Assembly (NCBI GenBank): GCA_021817415.1
Contig: JAKAUZ010000013.1
Coordinates: 4,376-68,375, forward strand
Source: Thermoplasmata archaeon
Lineage (GTDB): Archaea; Thermoplasmatota; Thermoplasmata; Thermoplasmatales; GCA-001856825
Direction of reading: 5' to 3'
DNA: 64,000 bases
Shown piece after piece: positions 10,387 to 21,100 of this stretch. The notes beneath the pieces are model-generated. The model worked only from the letters and a program-made list of their open reading frames with translations, did no database searches and was not told the DNA's origin. A program made the translations under genes and the position numbers. The first letter of the stretch is position 1. Every line of letters starts with the position of its first letter.

Positions 10387-10607
10387 ACGTTAGGACTGAA
10401 ACACTGCTCAAAAATATTGCTAAAGCAAATGAACGGTCAACATATCTTTTATGAAAATTTATTTTACCCCTTGATATTGATTGAAATATGCAGCACGTCT
10501 TTTCTGAGGTGGGAGAGTAAATATTTGAACCTCGATTTTTCTTATCTCCTGCCCCTGACAATATCTAATGTAAAACATCTATTTATCGGATCACGAGTTA
10601 ATCCATT

Positions 10608-11150
10608 ATGAAAATACTAGAGTTTGGTTTTTCTCTGAGAAGCGGATCGTTCTCAAGAATCGTAGCGGAACAGTGTAAGGAATCTGCGCCTAAAGGAGTG
10701 GTTATAGAGGACTATAATATAGCTGACATACCCCCTTTCAATCAGGATTTGGAACAAGATTTGCCTGCCAGTGTGGTTCGCTTCAAGAATGCAATTAGAA
10801 CCAGCGACGCTCTCCTTGTAATATTGCCAGAATACAATTATTCAGTGCCCGGATACCTAAAGAATGCAATTGACTTTGCTTCCAGGCCGTACCAGGACAA
10901 CGTATTCGCGGGAAAACCAGTAGGGGTAATATCTGAATCGACTGGACTGCTCGGAGGAGCAAGAGCTCAATATCACTTACGTCAATCTTTCCTGTACTTG
11001 GGAACCAAAGACATGAAAAAACCCGAAGTTTTCATAACTTTTGCAGGGGAAAAGATAAAGAACGGAAAAATAGTTGATGAAGCTACAAAGGAATACATAT
11101 CCATGTACATATCGGCCCTGGTAGAATTCACCATGAATGCAAATAAGTAG
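10608..11150 (+). CDS. NAD(P)H-dependent FMN reductase family protein
   Basis: GSLRSGSFS-type N-terminus and LVILPEYNYSVPGYLKNAIDFASRP motif. Confidence 0.75.
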   Translation: MKILEFGFSLRSGSFSRIVAEQCKESAPKGVVIEDYNIADIPPFNQDLEQDLPASVVRFKNAIRTSDALLVILPEYNYSVPGYLKNAIDFASRPYQDNVFAGKPVGVISESTGLLGGARAQYHLRQSFLYLGTKDMKKPEVFITFAGEKIKNGKIVDEATKEYISMYISALVEFTMNANK

Positions 11151-11294
11151 AAAGGAACATCTCTATAAATCTAACTTCTAGATTTTTCTTTAATAATTAT
11201 CAGAAAGTGTCTTTTAATTGTCTCATAGTCTTTTCCACCTGTTATTGACTTAATTATACATAATTACGACAATATAAAAATACTCACCTCTGTT

Positions 11295-11462
11295 ATGGAT
11301 TCAATGATAGAAAGTCATTCAAAGAAAGATCCAAGGAGCAACACGTCGCAGCATTCAATAAAGTACCACTCCAAGAAGGTGAAAAATGGCCTTTTTATTA
11401 GAATTACCAACACCCTGGTTGATACAATGAAATTTGAAGAGAATGAACTGTGGGGTCACTAA
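11295..11462 (+). CDS. Possible small ORF (55 aa) below the tracker cutoff
   Basis: ATG-to-TAA ORF read manually (MDSMIESHSKKDPRSNTS...NELWGH). An atataaaaat TATA-like element lies about 20 nt upstream. No recognisable domain. Confidence 0.2.
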   Translation: MDSMIESHSKKDPRSNTSQHSIKYHSKKVKNGLFIRITNTLVDTMKFEENELWGH

Positions 11463-11535
11463 CCAGGCTCGTCTCTTTTATCTTCGGTTCCTGAACTGCT
11501 GTTAATAAATAATTTTGGGTTCGGTCCAGAGAATC

Positions 11536-12699
11536 CTACTCCAGAGCATTCTTAAGATCTTCAATCAGGTCATCTGCATCTTCGATTCCGATAGACATTC
11601 TAACCAGTCCCTCCGCAATTCCAGCTTCCTGTCTTTCTTTCTTGGTAAGTGAGAGATGGCTGGTTTCAGCTGGAAGAGTCAGCAGGCTTTCCACTCCTCC
11701 CAAACTTGGTGCGTAAGCGAACAATTTCAATTTCTTCGCCATTCTTCTCGCCTCTTCCACTCCGCCATTTATTTCAAATGACACCATGCCTCCGAATCCT
11801 TTCAGGTTACGTTTTCCTATCTCATAGTACTTTGACGTTTCCAATCCGGCATAGTGCACTTTGTCAATTTTTTTGTGCTCGCTGAGAAATTTGGCAATTT
11901 GATGACCATTCTCATTGTGTGCCCTCATTCTCACTCCAAGTGTTTTCAGCCCCCTTATTGCAAGAAAAGCTTGAATTGGGTCTGGGACAGATCCAAACAT
12001 TTTTCTTTTTGACCAAATTTGGTCCATCAAATCTTTTTTGAACCCGGCCAGCCCTAGGAGGATATCGCTATGACCCCCAATGTACTTTGTTCCGCTGTGG
12101 ATGGTTATTGAAGCATTAAGACTGGAAGGATTTTGATTGTACGGAGACGCGAAGGTGGCATCAGTTATCATGGGAATGTTTTCCTCCTTGGCAACCCTTC
12201 CTATTGTTATGAGGTCACTTATTCCCAAAGTTGGATTAACAATAGATTCAGTGTATATACCTGAATACCCTTTCACCGGAATGGTCCCGGAATTAAGTTC
12301 ATCCAGGGAAACAAAATCTACCTTGATCCCGTACATTGGAAGAAATTTCGTAAAGAAGGTAAATGTCTCGCCGTACAGTTCCTTCAAAGATAACAGTCTG
12401 TCACCGCTCTTAACGAGAGATAATACTGTTGATGTTATTGCTGCCATTCCAGAGGAGAAAGAAAGAGCTTCTTGAACGTCATCCAGTTCTCTATATTTTA
12501 TTTCAAGGACCTCAAGAGTTGGATTCCCCCATCTTGTGTACATAAACGGTTTATTTCGAGTATGATCTAAGGCCGCATCCGGATAAGGATTTGGATTTAG
12601 AAAAGTTGAGGTCTCATAAATAGGTGTAGTGACATTTCCTATCGCCCTGTCAGTGTATTCCCCGCCATGAACTGCTCTCGTGTTAAATTTGCGTTCCAT
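11536..12699 (-). CDS. PLP-dependent Cys/Met metabolism enzyme (cystathionine gamma-synthase / O-acylhomoserine sulfhydrylase / methionine gamma-lyase family)
   Basis: HSGTKYIGGHSD PLP-lysine motif and family-typical length and N-terminus (TRAVHGG). Confidence 0.85.
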   Translation of the reverse strand: MERKFNTRAVHGGEYTDRAIGNVTTPIYETSTFLNPNPYPDAALDHTRNKPFMYTRWGNPTLEVLEIKYRELDDVQEALSFSSGMAAITSTVLSLVKSGDRLLSLKELYGETFTFFTKFLPMYGIKVDFVSLDELNSGTIPVKGYSGIYTESIVNPTLGISDLITIGRVAKEENIPMITDATFASPYNQNPSSLNASITIHSGTKYIGGHSDILLGLAGFKKDLMDQIWSKRKMFGSVPDPIQAFLAIRGLKTLGVRMRAHNENGHQIAKFLSEHKKIDKVHYAGLETSKYYEIGKRNLKGFGGMVSFEINGGVEEARRMAKKLKLFAYAPSLGGVESLLTLPAETSHLSLTKKERQEAGIAEGLVRMSIGIEDADDLIEDLKNALE

Positions 12700-12970
12700 A
12701 ATAATTCAATTGTGTGAGAATATATAACAGTTGGTACAACCAAAAATTATCATCAGCAATCAGATCTTCAGCATATAGTTCATTCAGGCATAGTACGACA
12801 AAGCAGCATTGTTCCCTGACTGATAAATCAGGTCCGATTGATTGCAATGTCCATCTGCTTCTATCCTCGTCAGGTGAAATTTCGTATTTTCAATATTTTA
12901 AACCTGATTAAAGAGGGCACAATAAAACTTTAAAACATCCCGCCATTTATGTAAATGGCAGGAGTCGGAA

Positions 12971-14335
12971 ATGAAAATATGTGTCAATAGTCAAACACCT
13001 TTTGTGAGATTCAAGTTAGGTTACAGCGATCTTCTAGAAAAATATGGATCCTTATCAGACCCACTTGACCTCAGTGAACTCGAGGAAAAGGTGGACTATG
13101 AATTTTCCCCCGGGGGAGTCACTTCAATGGTGTACCCATCAATGAAAAGGATGCTGGATGATGGATTTCTGACGGGAGTCAGGTGGATCGCGCTCGGGGT
13201 AAACTATCCGCCGAGAGTAACTGCGGAGCGAATCCAAATATCACACATAGAAATAGAAGAAAAATTAATGAAGAATTATACGTCCTTCAAGGAAGAACTC
13301 TGGGCAGAAATTCACGGCATTAGACCTGGAAAATTTACGCAGGAGGGGTACAGTGCATATGCATCATACAACTGGCAGAATGCTGAGTTAATGTATAAAT
13401 ATATGGATGAAACTGACATTTTCTATGTTCAAGATTTTCAATTGTTGATGACCGGCCCCATAATTGGCCCCCCTGCACCAGCACTTCTGAGATGGCACAT
13501 TCCATTCATACCGGAAAAGATGGGAAATTTTGCGAGAAGAATTGTACTCAGAAACATGGAGACTTTCGATGGCATAATCGTCAGCACAAGACGGGATCTT
13601 GAGGGTTTGATTAAATCACAATTCCGCGGGAAAGCCTACCAGCTATACCCTTATGTTGATCCGAGACATTGGACAAACCACTCTGATTCCAAGGAAATGC
13701 AGGAGTTAAGTGATAGGATAAACCTAAAAAAGGATGAGAAACTGGTTCTTTTAGTCGCAAGGATGGACAAGATTAAATCTCAGGATGTTGCTATTAAGGC
13801 ATTCTCTCTGGCAAGCAGAAATAGGAAGTTGAAATTGTTATTAATAGGGAATGGTAGCTTCTCTTCTTCCGGGAAAGGAGGCCTCGGACATGGCAAAGGT
13901 GCGCTTTGGCGTTCAGAACTGGAAAGACTCGCGAAGGATCTAAAGATTCATGAAAGAGTTATATTTCTGGGTCATGCGTCGCCTGGTGAGCTTCGTGCAG
14001 CTTACAAACTAGCCTCAGTCGTTATGTTAACATCCGAACTGGAGGGATTCGGGATCACGGTACTAGAAGGTTGGGTCAACAGAAAACCAGTAGTAGTAAG
14101 CACGGGAGCAGGAAGCAGCGAATTGGTCATAAATGATTCTAATGGGTACACCTTCCCTTCAGGTGACTACACTGCAGCAGCAGAAGCACTCCTGAAAGCT
14201 CTCGGTCCAAACTCTGAGAAGCTAGGCGATAACGGATATGAGACATCTCGGCAGTGCCACATCAAGCTATCCTTACAGCGTGAGAAATCAATCCTCACGG
14301 AAGTATCCAGCACATTCAAATTGAGGAAGGCATAG
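12971..14335 (+). CDS. GT-B glycosyltransferase (group 1, EX7E motif) with a trehalose-phosphate-synthase-like N-terminal half
   Basis: EGFGITVLE EX7E motif. The N-terminal pattern LWAEIHG...IFYVQDFQLL...RWHIPFIPE resembles retaining sugar-phosphate synthases. Confidence 0.6.
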   Translation: MKICVNSQTPFVRFKLGYSDLLEKYGSLSDPLDLSELEEKVDYEFSPGGVTSMVYPSMKRMLDDGFLTGVRWIALGVNYPPRVTAERIQISHIEIEEKLMKNYTSFKEELWAEIHGIRPGKFTQEGYSAYASYNWQNAELMYKYMDETDIFYVQDFQLLMTGPIIGPPAPALLRWHIPFIPEKMGNFARRIVLRNMETFDGIIVSTRRDLEGLIKSQFRGKAYQLYPYVDPRHWTNHSDSKEMQELSDRINLKKDEKLVLLVARMDKIKSQDVAIKAFSLASRNRKLKLLLIGNGSFSSSGKGGLGHGKGALWRSELERLAKDLKIHERVIFLGHASPGELRAAYKLASVVMLTSELEGFGITVLEGWVNRKPVVVSTGAGSSELVINDSNGYTFPSGDYTAAAEALLKALGPNSEKLGDNGYETSRQCHIKLSLQREKSILTEVSSTFKLRKA

Positions 14336-15133
14336 AATTTGTATATTGGGCTAAAGGCATAATGTCAGCGAAATATACTAATATTTTTTATAACTATTTT
14401 TAAAATTACTGGGCATGTTTAAGCGGCTATAAAGACGTTATATGAAAGAAAAATCAGGCGAGTTAAGGAAAATTTATATCAATACGTCATGGTCAATGAA
14501 TATTATTATTGAAATAGCGGATTAATAAAAATGCTACATGGGGCATGAATTATCTCAAGACCCAAAATGTTATCGCGCCGGAGTATTCTAAATCGGTTGA
14601 AGGGATCATTGACCAAATATTCTGGCATACAGTTGCTAGCGCAATCACATGCACCTCAGAAACGGGAACATTTCCCCTCTATAAACAGGATGACTAAACT
14701 GGCGGAAACGCTTAAGAAAAGAAATTTGTATTTCAACTACTGTCCCGTATTGGTGTCTTCCCCTCTTTCCTCATCCACAGATTGCTTCCAATCCTTTAAA
14801 ATCCTTTATCAACATATCCGCGAATTCGTCTTATTTAAAATAAATCTGGATTCATTGGTGCTAATTGTGGGGGAAGTATCGCTAAGCACAATAGCACAAT
14901 CGATTTAAATATCATTCTAATTTTTCTCGCTGCACGAATCGAGCAACAATGTAGGTTATGCACTTGTTTGATTTGGGCCAACTTCATTCATTCACACATT
15001 ATGTCTGTGCGTTGCTAAAAAGGGTAGAAAATTCTAAAATAGACTCCAAATCACGCACTCAATGGGGTCAAGGGTAAGAAAAAGTGAGACGTTCTATCCC
15101 ATCCTTTAAATCAATGCTGGAACGTCATGATTT

Positions 15134-15858
15134 TCAGGCGAGTTTGAGATAGCACACTTCTCTGAATGGGCACCTACCACATTTAGCAGGATTATTGTGG
15201 TTTCTAAAAGGATTATTATTTTTCCTTACGCTGTTTGCAGTTTCCAGTACCTTGAGTCTTAATGTTTCTGTGTTTTTGATTTTAAATGATATGTTCCTAT
15301 ACTCGAGCAGACCATAAGGTGCTCTCCCAAAATTTTCTTCAATTATAATGAAATACGCTCCCAACTGTAGCACGTGCCCTTCAAGAGGTTTATTGTGAAT
15401 GGAATCCTTGTATTCTATGGGAATATAACCATTCTTCACTTTCATTATCCTATCTGGCTTTCCAGTAATCATAAATTCTCTTGACATGAGAGGTTTCTCC
15501 GATCCACCTAGATCATCATAAATCAACTCTCCCTTCAATGCCCCACTCTTTCTTAGCCTTCTTCTGATTATAATTTTGGCTGTTAGTGCAAGCAGAAAAA
15601 TGGCTATTAAAATTGGAAGTAATATACTAATAGTAACGCCACCAATATTATAATTATTAAATAAGTAAAGAATCGATTTAACGATCTTCTTCTCGTAATT
15701 ACCTTGGCATGAATCCTATGATCTTCTTTCCCTTCTGCAAGTCTTGATTTTCCCTCTCCACTTATCCTAGCCCCTTCTTTGGAAAGATAATGAGACATGC
15801 TGCAGAACTCGTACTGACCCAGCTCGGATGCACTTACTGCACGAATTCTTTCTTTCAT
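15134..15858 (-). pseudogene. Solitary Cas4-like (DUF83, PD-(D/E)XK + 4Fe-4S) nuclease split by a 1-nt frameshift. Fragments are 15607..15858 and 15134..15538.
   Basis: The N fragment has the first cluster Cys (ELGQYEFCSMSHYL) and a G..H motif. The C fragment has GKPDRI...IPIEYK, QLGAYF and KCGRCPFREVC. The span is 725 nt, which is not divisible by 3. Adding one A to the A4 run at 15609-15612 gives a single 241-aa ORF. Confidence 0.7.
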
Positions 15859-16604
15859 CCAAAGTATCCCAGATCTTCCCGCTTCTCATCAGGGGGGTTC
15901 TCAACAATTCTGCTCGTTATGTCTTCAATTTCCTTAATCTTTTCATCAAGATCGCCCGTATCCAGATCAAGTTTAAGGTATTCCAGAAGCACTTTTGTGA
16001 CCTGCTTAGCGGATTTTGGGTCCGAGAAATAACCTGAGGTCTCGCCCATCAGGCATATCCCCGGGATGTCGAATAGCTCAGAGCCTATTCCAAGGAAAAG
16101 TCCAGCTCCTCCTACAATCCCGCCCCCTGGCTCATTCTTTGAGAATAAAACTCCAAGTTTCTCTGCTTCATTCCTCAATGTATCATCAGTAAATGCTCCG
16201 AGGACTCTCGGTATTTCAACAAGCTTTCCTATCTGGTATCCACCAAGAGTGATGATTTTTTTGACATCAAGTTCCTTAGCAATTTCCAGTACCCTGTATG
16301 AAATTTCATACTGCCCCTGAGATGTCAAACCCTGGAAATCTCCAGTGAAGATGAGGATGTCACCCTGTTTCCTTTTCTTGTAATAAAGCTGATTCTTTAC
16401 TAGTCTCGCTTGTGCCTCATTATTCATCAGAACCTGTGGCGGTAAATGATATGAGTAAATATCTGCGTACTTTTTTGCACTCATCTTGTCCACCAGATAA
16501 TCTGCTGTAATCTTCCCAACATTCCCTATACCTGGCAGTCCAACTATCATTACAGTATTCTTTAATTTAATCGTGGCATCTATTTTAACAATTACACTTT
16601 CCAT
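15855..16604 (-). CDS. PAC2 (proteasome assembly chaperone 2) family protein
   Basis: MIVGLPGIGNVGKITADYL N-terminal motif. Its position downstream of eif2a-nop10 is conserved in archaea. Confidence 0.75.
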   Translation of the reverse strand: MESVIVKIDATIKLKNTVMIVGLPGIGNVGKITADYLVDKMSAKKYADIYSYHLPPQVLMNNEAQARLVKNQLYYKKRKQGDILIFTGDFQGLTSQGQYEISYRVLEIAKELDVKKIITLGGYQIGKLVEIPRVLGAFTDDTLRNEAEKLGVLFSKNEPGGGIVGGAGLFLGIGSELFDIPGICLMGETSGYFSDPKSAKQVTKVLLEYLKLDLDTGDLDEKIKEIEDITSRIVENPPDEKREDLGYFG

Positions 16605-16610
16605 TCATTT

Positions 16611-16775
16611 TCACCTATCCTTTCCATACAATACCTTGATCCTGTACTTTGCGAATCTATCTTCCGGCGAGAACCTTGGCGGCAGGGTCGATACCGTCTG
16701 TGTCCCACATTTCTTGCACGTTGATTCGAGTGTATAAGACCTGCACTCTGGACATTTCTTGATGATGCTCTTCAT
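16611..16775 (-). CDS. nop10: H/ACA RNP protein Nop10 (54 aa, absent from the ORF track)
   Basis: Manual translation MKSIIKKCPECRSYTLESTCKKCGTQTVSTLPPRFSPEDRFAKYRIKVLYGKDR. It has a zinc ribbon plus the PPRFSPEDxxxxYR signature. Confidence 0.9.
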   Translation of the reverse strand: MKSIIKKCPECRSYTLESTCKKCGTQTVSTLPPRFSPEDRFAKYRIKVLYGKDR

Positions 16776-17534
16776 TTACTCCTTCACTGGCCCTTCTCCA
16801 TAACCACCAGCTTTCTTGATTGCAGCTATAATTGCTTCTGAGGTCTTTCTCATGTTTTCTTCTGCAGTCTTCATGTCCTCAGCATAAGATATAATCCTAT
16901 ATTTTGGAGCACCTGCATAAGTTATTTCTAGCCCCCCTTTCAACCCCGCTTCCAGTGCTTTACGGACTACATCTATTCCGTTTCCTGCAGTGCTTTGAAG
17001 CTGAATTATACCTGAAACCTTTGCAACAGGAGGTTTGAGATTTTCCTTAGCATAATCAACAATAACTCTTGCCCAGTGATGTTCTTTCAAACCGCTCATG
17101 AACTGTTCTGGGAAAGAAGTTGCATAGTCCAGGGCATATGAAAGTGAACCATATTTCTCTTCAAGAATGTCAGTAACTCTCTCGAGAGGAAATGAAGACT
17201 TATGTTGAGCTGAAAGGTTTTCAAGTATTTTTGTAGCTCTCTGTTCATTTTTCCATTCCTTTAGTTTCTCTCTTCTCTGGTGATCATTGACTTTCCTTAG
17301 TGAAAGATCGAACTTTCCCCTTGCCGGGTTTGCATCAATTATTTTGCAGACAATCCGTTGCCCTTCTCTTACGTAGTCTCTTATGTATTTAATCCATCCA
17401 GAAGATATCTCAGAAATGTGAATGAATCCTTCCTTGCTATGAAACTCATCCAGAATACAGACGACCCCAAAATCCTTAACGTCCTTGACCGTGCAGACGA
17501 CCAGATCACCTGCTTCCGGATCTTTCTTTTTCAT
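16776..17534 (-). CDS. eif2a: Translation initiation factor 2 alpha subunit
   Basis: N-terminal S1 domain (GDLVVCTVKDV...GFIHISEISSGWI) and aIF2-alpha length. Confidence 0.92.
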   Translation of the reverse strand: MKKKDPEAGDLVVCTVKDVKDFGVVCILDEFHSKEGFIHISEISSGWIKYIRDYVREGQRIVCKIIDANPARGKFDLSLRKVNDHQRREKLKEWKNEQRATKILENLSAQHKSSFPLERVTDILEEKYGSLSYALDYATSFPEQFMSGLKEHHWARVIVDYAKENLKPPVAKVSGIIQLQSTAGNGIDVVRKALEAGLKGGLEITYAGAPKYRIISYAEDMKTAEENMRKTSEAIIAAIKKAGGYGEGPVKE

Positions 17535-17719
17535 TTATACTCTCCAGTAATTTCCCCGCTTACTACAACTTTCCCACCAGTTGGTTTTGCAATTGTGGTA
17601 TTGCAGACTTGACATTTTACTTCGCTGCTAGCTCTTGCAAAAGTCACTGTCTCTGATCCGCAGTCAGGACACTTGATTTTAATGAAAGACTTCTCGAGCC
17701 CTTTGATCTCTTTGAACAT
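17531..17719 (-). CDS. rps27e: 30S ribosomal protein S27e
   Basis: C4 zinc ribbon KCPDCGSE...CQVCNTTIAKPTGGK. Confidence 0.92.
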   Translation of the reverse strand: MFKEIKGLEKSFIKIKCPDCGSETVTFARASSEVKCQVCNTTIAKPTGGKVVVSGEITGEYK

Positions 17720-18007
17720 TTACTCCTCTGCCTCCGCAAATTCAAATTTCTTTGCTCTCCAGGTGGGTGTATGATAAGCTTTCTTGCATTCAAGGCACCT
17801 GTACCTGATATTAATCCTCTTGGTCGGCTTTTCTCTCCCTTCATAAACTGGTCTTGGGAAACCTCCATATCCTGATGTTACCCTTCTGAATCTTCTTTGT
17901 CCCTTTCTCAGTTCGCTCGCCTTCTTCTTTTTGACTCTCTCTATCTCTTGTACCGTATGCCTCTTGCAATGAGGGCAATATCTCATAACCTTTCTTGGAA
18001 GTTTCAA
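17720..18007 (-). CDS. rpl44e: 50S ribosomal protein L44e
   Basis: YCPHCKRHT...GYGGFPRPV...CLECKK motif set. Confidence 0.92.
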   Translation of the reverse strand: MKLPRKVMRYCPHCKRHTVQEIERVKKKKASELRKGQRRFRRVTSGYGGFPRPVYEGREKPTKRINIRYRCLECKKAYHTPTWRAKKFEFAEAEE

Positions 18008-18199
18008 TTACATCACCGAAGATTTACAGGGCATTTTAAATGCGTATTTAAGCATTTATGAGGCAACTTTAGCGAAGAAATAGTCGAAGAAATTTTAATA
18101 TTTTTGTAATATCTATTAGAAAGTCCCATTCCTTCCATTCCATCCGCTCATAAATAGCCGCCGGCAAAAATTATCAACAAGTCCGAAATACAGTAAGCT

Positions 18200-21100
18200 G
18201 TGTTGTCTGAAGTACCTCAAAAATTTGATTTGGTCCAGATAGAGGCTGAAGTATCGAGTATATGGGTTAAGAAAAAGATTATGGAAAGATCCTTTGAAAT
18301 TAATAAGGGAAAGGAAAATTTCTCATTTCTGGAAGGTCCTCCTACAGCCAATGGTCCGCCACACATAGGTCACGCTGAAACAAGAGCAATGAAAGACCTC
18401 TTCTTAAGATATAAGACAATGAAAGGGTATAATATATACCCAAGAATTGCAGGTTGGGACTGCCACGGTTTGCCAGTCGAGATAGAAGTCGAAAAAACCC
18501 TGAAAATAAAGAACAAGAAAGAAATTGACGAAATGGGGATTGGAAATTTCAATAGATTGTGCAAAGAGAGTGTCTTCAAGTACGTTAAGGACTGGGAGAG
18601 AGTTTCAAAAAAGTTGGGTTATTGGGTAGATTACGATAACGCTTATGTAACAATGAAAGATGAATACATCGAGAGCGTTTGGTGGGCTCTAAAGGAACTT
18701 TACAAAAAAGGGCTCCTCTTTAAGGATTTCAGAATCTCACCTTTCTGTCCCAGGTGCGGAACTACTTTGAGTGCGCACGAAGTGGCACAAGGATACAGGG
18801 ACATTGAGGACTTTTCCATTTACGTAAAATTCAAGATAAAGGGAAGGGATGAGTATTTCCTGGTCTGGACTACCACTCCGTGGACACTTCCGGCCAATAC
18901 ATTCCTGGCAGTGAATCCAGATTTCAACTACGTCCTTGTAAATGTTGGTGGAGAAAAATATTGGTTGGTCGAAGATAGGGTCAAGGAGGTCTTGAGGGAT
19001 TTTGAGATAATCGAGAAAAAACAAGGAAAGGAGTTTAAGGGGATGGAATACGAACAGCTATTACCTTTCCTGCAACTCAAAAAGGGGTTATATGTGGTGG
19101 AAGCTGACTTTGTGACCAAAGAAGATGGTACAGGAATCGTACATATAGCCCCTGCATTCGGCGCAGATGATTATAAAATATTGAAAAGAGAAAATGGAGA
19201 ATTGTACGTTACAGTAGCCGAAGATGGAAAAATCAATCTTGAATCACCGTGGAAAGGTATGCAGATTTCAGATGCCAACGATGAGATACTGAAATATTTA
19301 AAGGTTAATGGAAGGATGCTGAAGAAAGAAAAGGCAGTACATTCATATCCATTCTGCTGGAGATGTGGCACTCGGTTGATATATTATCCCGTAGAATCGT
19401 GGTTTATTGGTGTTTCCAGAAGGACAGAGGATATTGTATCCTTCAACAAGAGAATAAATTGGAAACCTGAATACATAAGAGATGGAAGGTTTGGGAACTT
19501 CCTAGAAGAGGGGAAGGATTGGGCCATATCGAGGAATAGGTACTGGGGAACCCCACTACCCGTTTGGACCTGCAGCAATGGTCATACATTTGTTGCTGGA
19601 AGCAAGAGGGAACTACTAGAAAATGCAGCTGAAGTGCCTAAAAACTTTGAACTCCATAAACCTTATGTTGACGACATCAGGGTGAAATGCAATGAATGCG
19701 GCTCATTTATGAAAAGAGAACCATATCCAATCGACACTTGGTTTGATTCCGGTTCGGCCTTCTATGCTCAGTACCATTATCCATTTGAAAATAAGGAACT
19801 ATTTGAGAAAAATTTCCCTGTTGATTTCATTACGGAAGCGATGGATCAGACGAGAGGATGGTTCTATGTACTCCACGTTATCTCGTCAATGTTATTTGGA
19901 AGCAACTCTTACAGCAACGTAATTGTAATGGAATTTGTGCTCAACTCCAAAGGAGAAAAAATGAGCAAGTCCAAGGGGGACGTTGTTGATCCAATGAAGA
20001 TAATTGAAAAGATAGGTACAGATGCCCTCAGACTATTCTTTTATCAAGGCCCCCCCTGGAAAACTAAGAGATTCTCTGAGGAGATTGCAGATGAATATGC
20101 GAGGAAAGTGCTGGGAACACTCTACAATTCCTATATGCTATTCTCAACAAACGCAAGACTGGACAAGTGGAATCCCAGGAAGGAAAACATGATTGATAAT
20201 CTAGATAAATGGCTCTATTACAGGACTAATCTGACCATCACCAACGTCAACAAGTACATGGATTCTTATGAACCTCATAGGGCACTGGAGGAAATAGAGG
20301 CACTGGTCATGGATCTAAGTCAGTGGTATTTGAGACTCTCTAGAGACAAGTTCTGGAATGAGAATATAACTGATGAGAAGAGATCATCATATTTTGTCAC
20401 TCATTATGCCATACTGGAGACTGTCAAAATGCTCGCACCATTTACTCCTTATTTCTCCGATTTTCTTTATACAAAAATGACAGGTGAAGATTCGGTTCAT
20501 CTATCCTCTTTCCCTGTGGCTGGAGAAACTGAAGATTTGCTTTTGAGGGAAATGGACAAGGTAAAATTAATAGTTGAAACAGGAAGAAGGATAAGACAAA
20601 TTAATAGCCTAACTTTAAGGAGACCAGTAAAGCAAGTCGTGATAGGAGATATGACACTTGAGGGAGTAGCCGAAAAATATCGCTCTCTAATCTCAAAGGA
20701 GTTGAATACGAAGGATGTGGTCATAGCAGATATAGAAAATTACATGACCAGAAATTACAGGCTCAACAGAAAAATAGCAGGAAAGGAGTTCGGGAAGGAT
20801 TTAGCAAAGGCAGAAGAAGAATTTTCAAAAGAGGAGAATCAGAAATTATTTGAAACAAACAAGGGAGTCACTATAATGGGGAGGGGAATATCAGAATCGA
20901 TGGTATTAGTTGAGAAACACCTGAAGGAGGGGTATGTAACTGATCCAGAAGGAAGAGTTCCCATCTTAATAAATAAGGAGTCTGACAGAGGACTCTTACT
21001 AGAAGGACTTGCTAGGGAAATTGTCAGGAGAATACAGAGTATGAGAAAAGATGCCGGTTTCGACTATACGGACAAGATAAGATTGAAGATAGATGGGGAT

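Noticed and set aside
12714-12911. 65-aa ORF between the PLP enzyme gene and the glycosyltransferase gene
   Set aside because: Ser-rich low-complexity translation in a divergent promoter region, with no supporting signals.
14567-14908. 113-aa ORF in the 800-bp gap
   Set aside because: It has no SD or TATA context, an odd composition and no recognisable motif. The region is treated as non-coding or decayed (see findings).
17644-17868. 74-aa minus-strand ORF overlapping rps27e and rpl44e
   Set aside because: It is an alternative frame of two highly conserved ribosomal protein genes.
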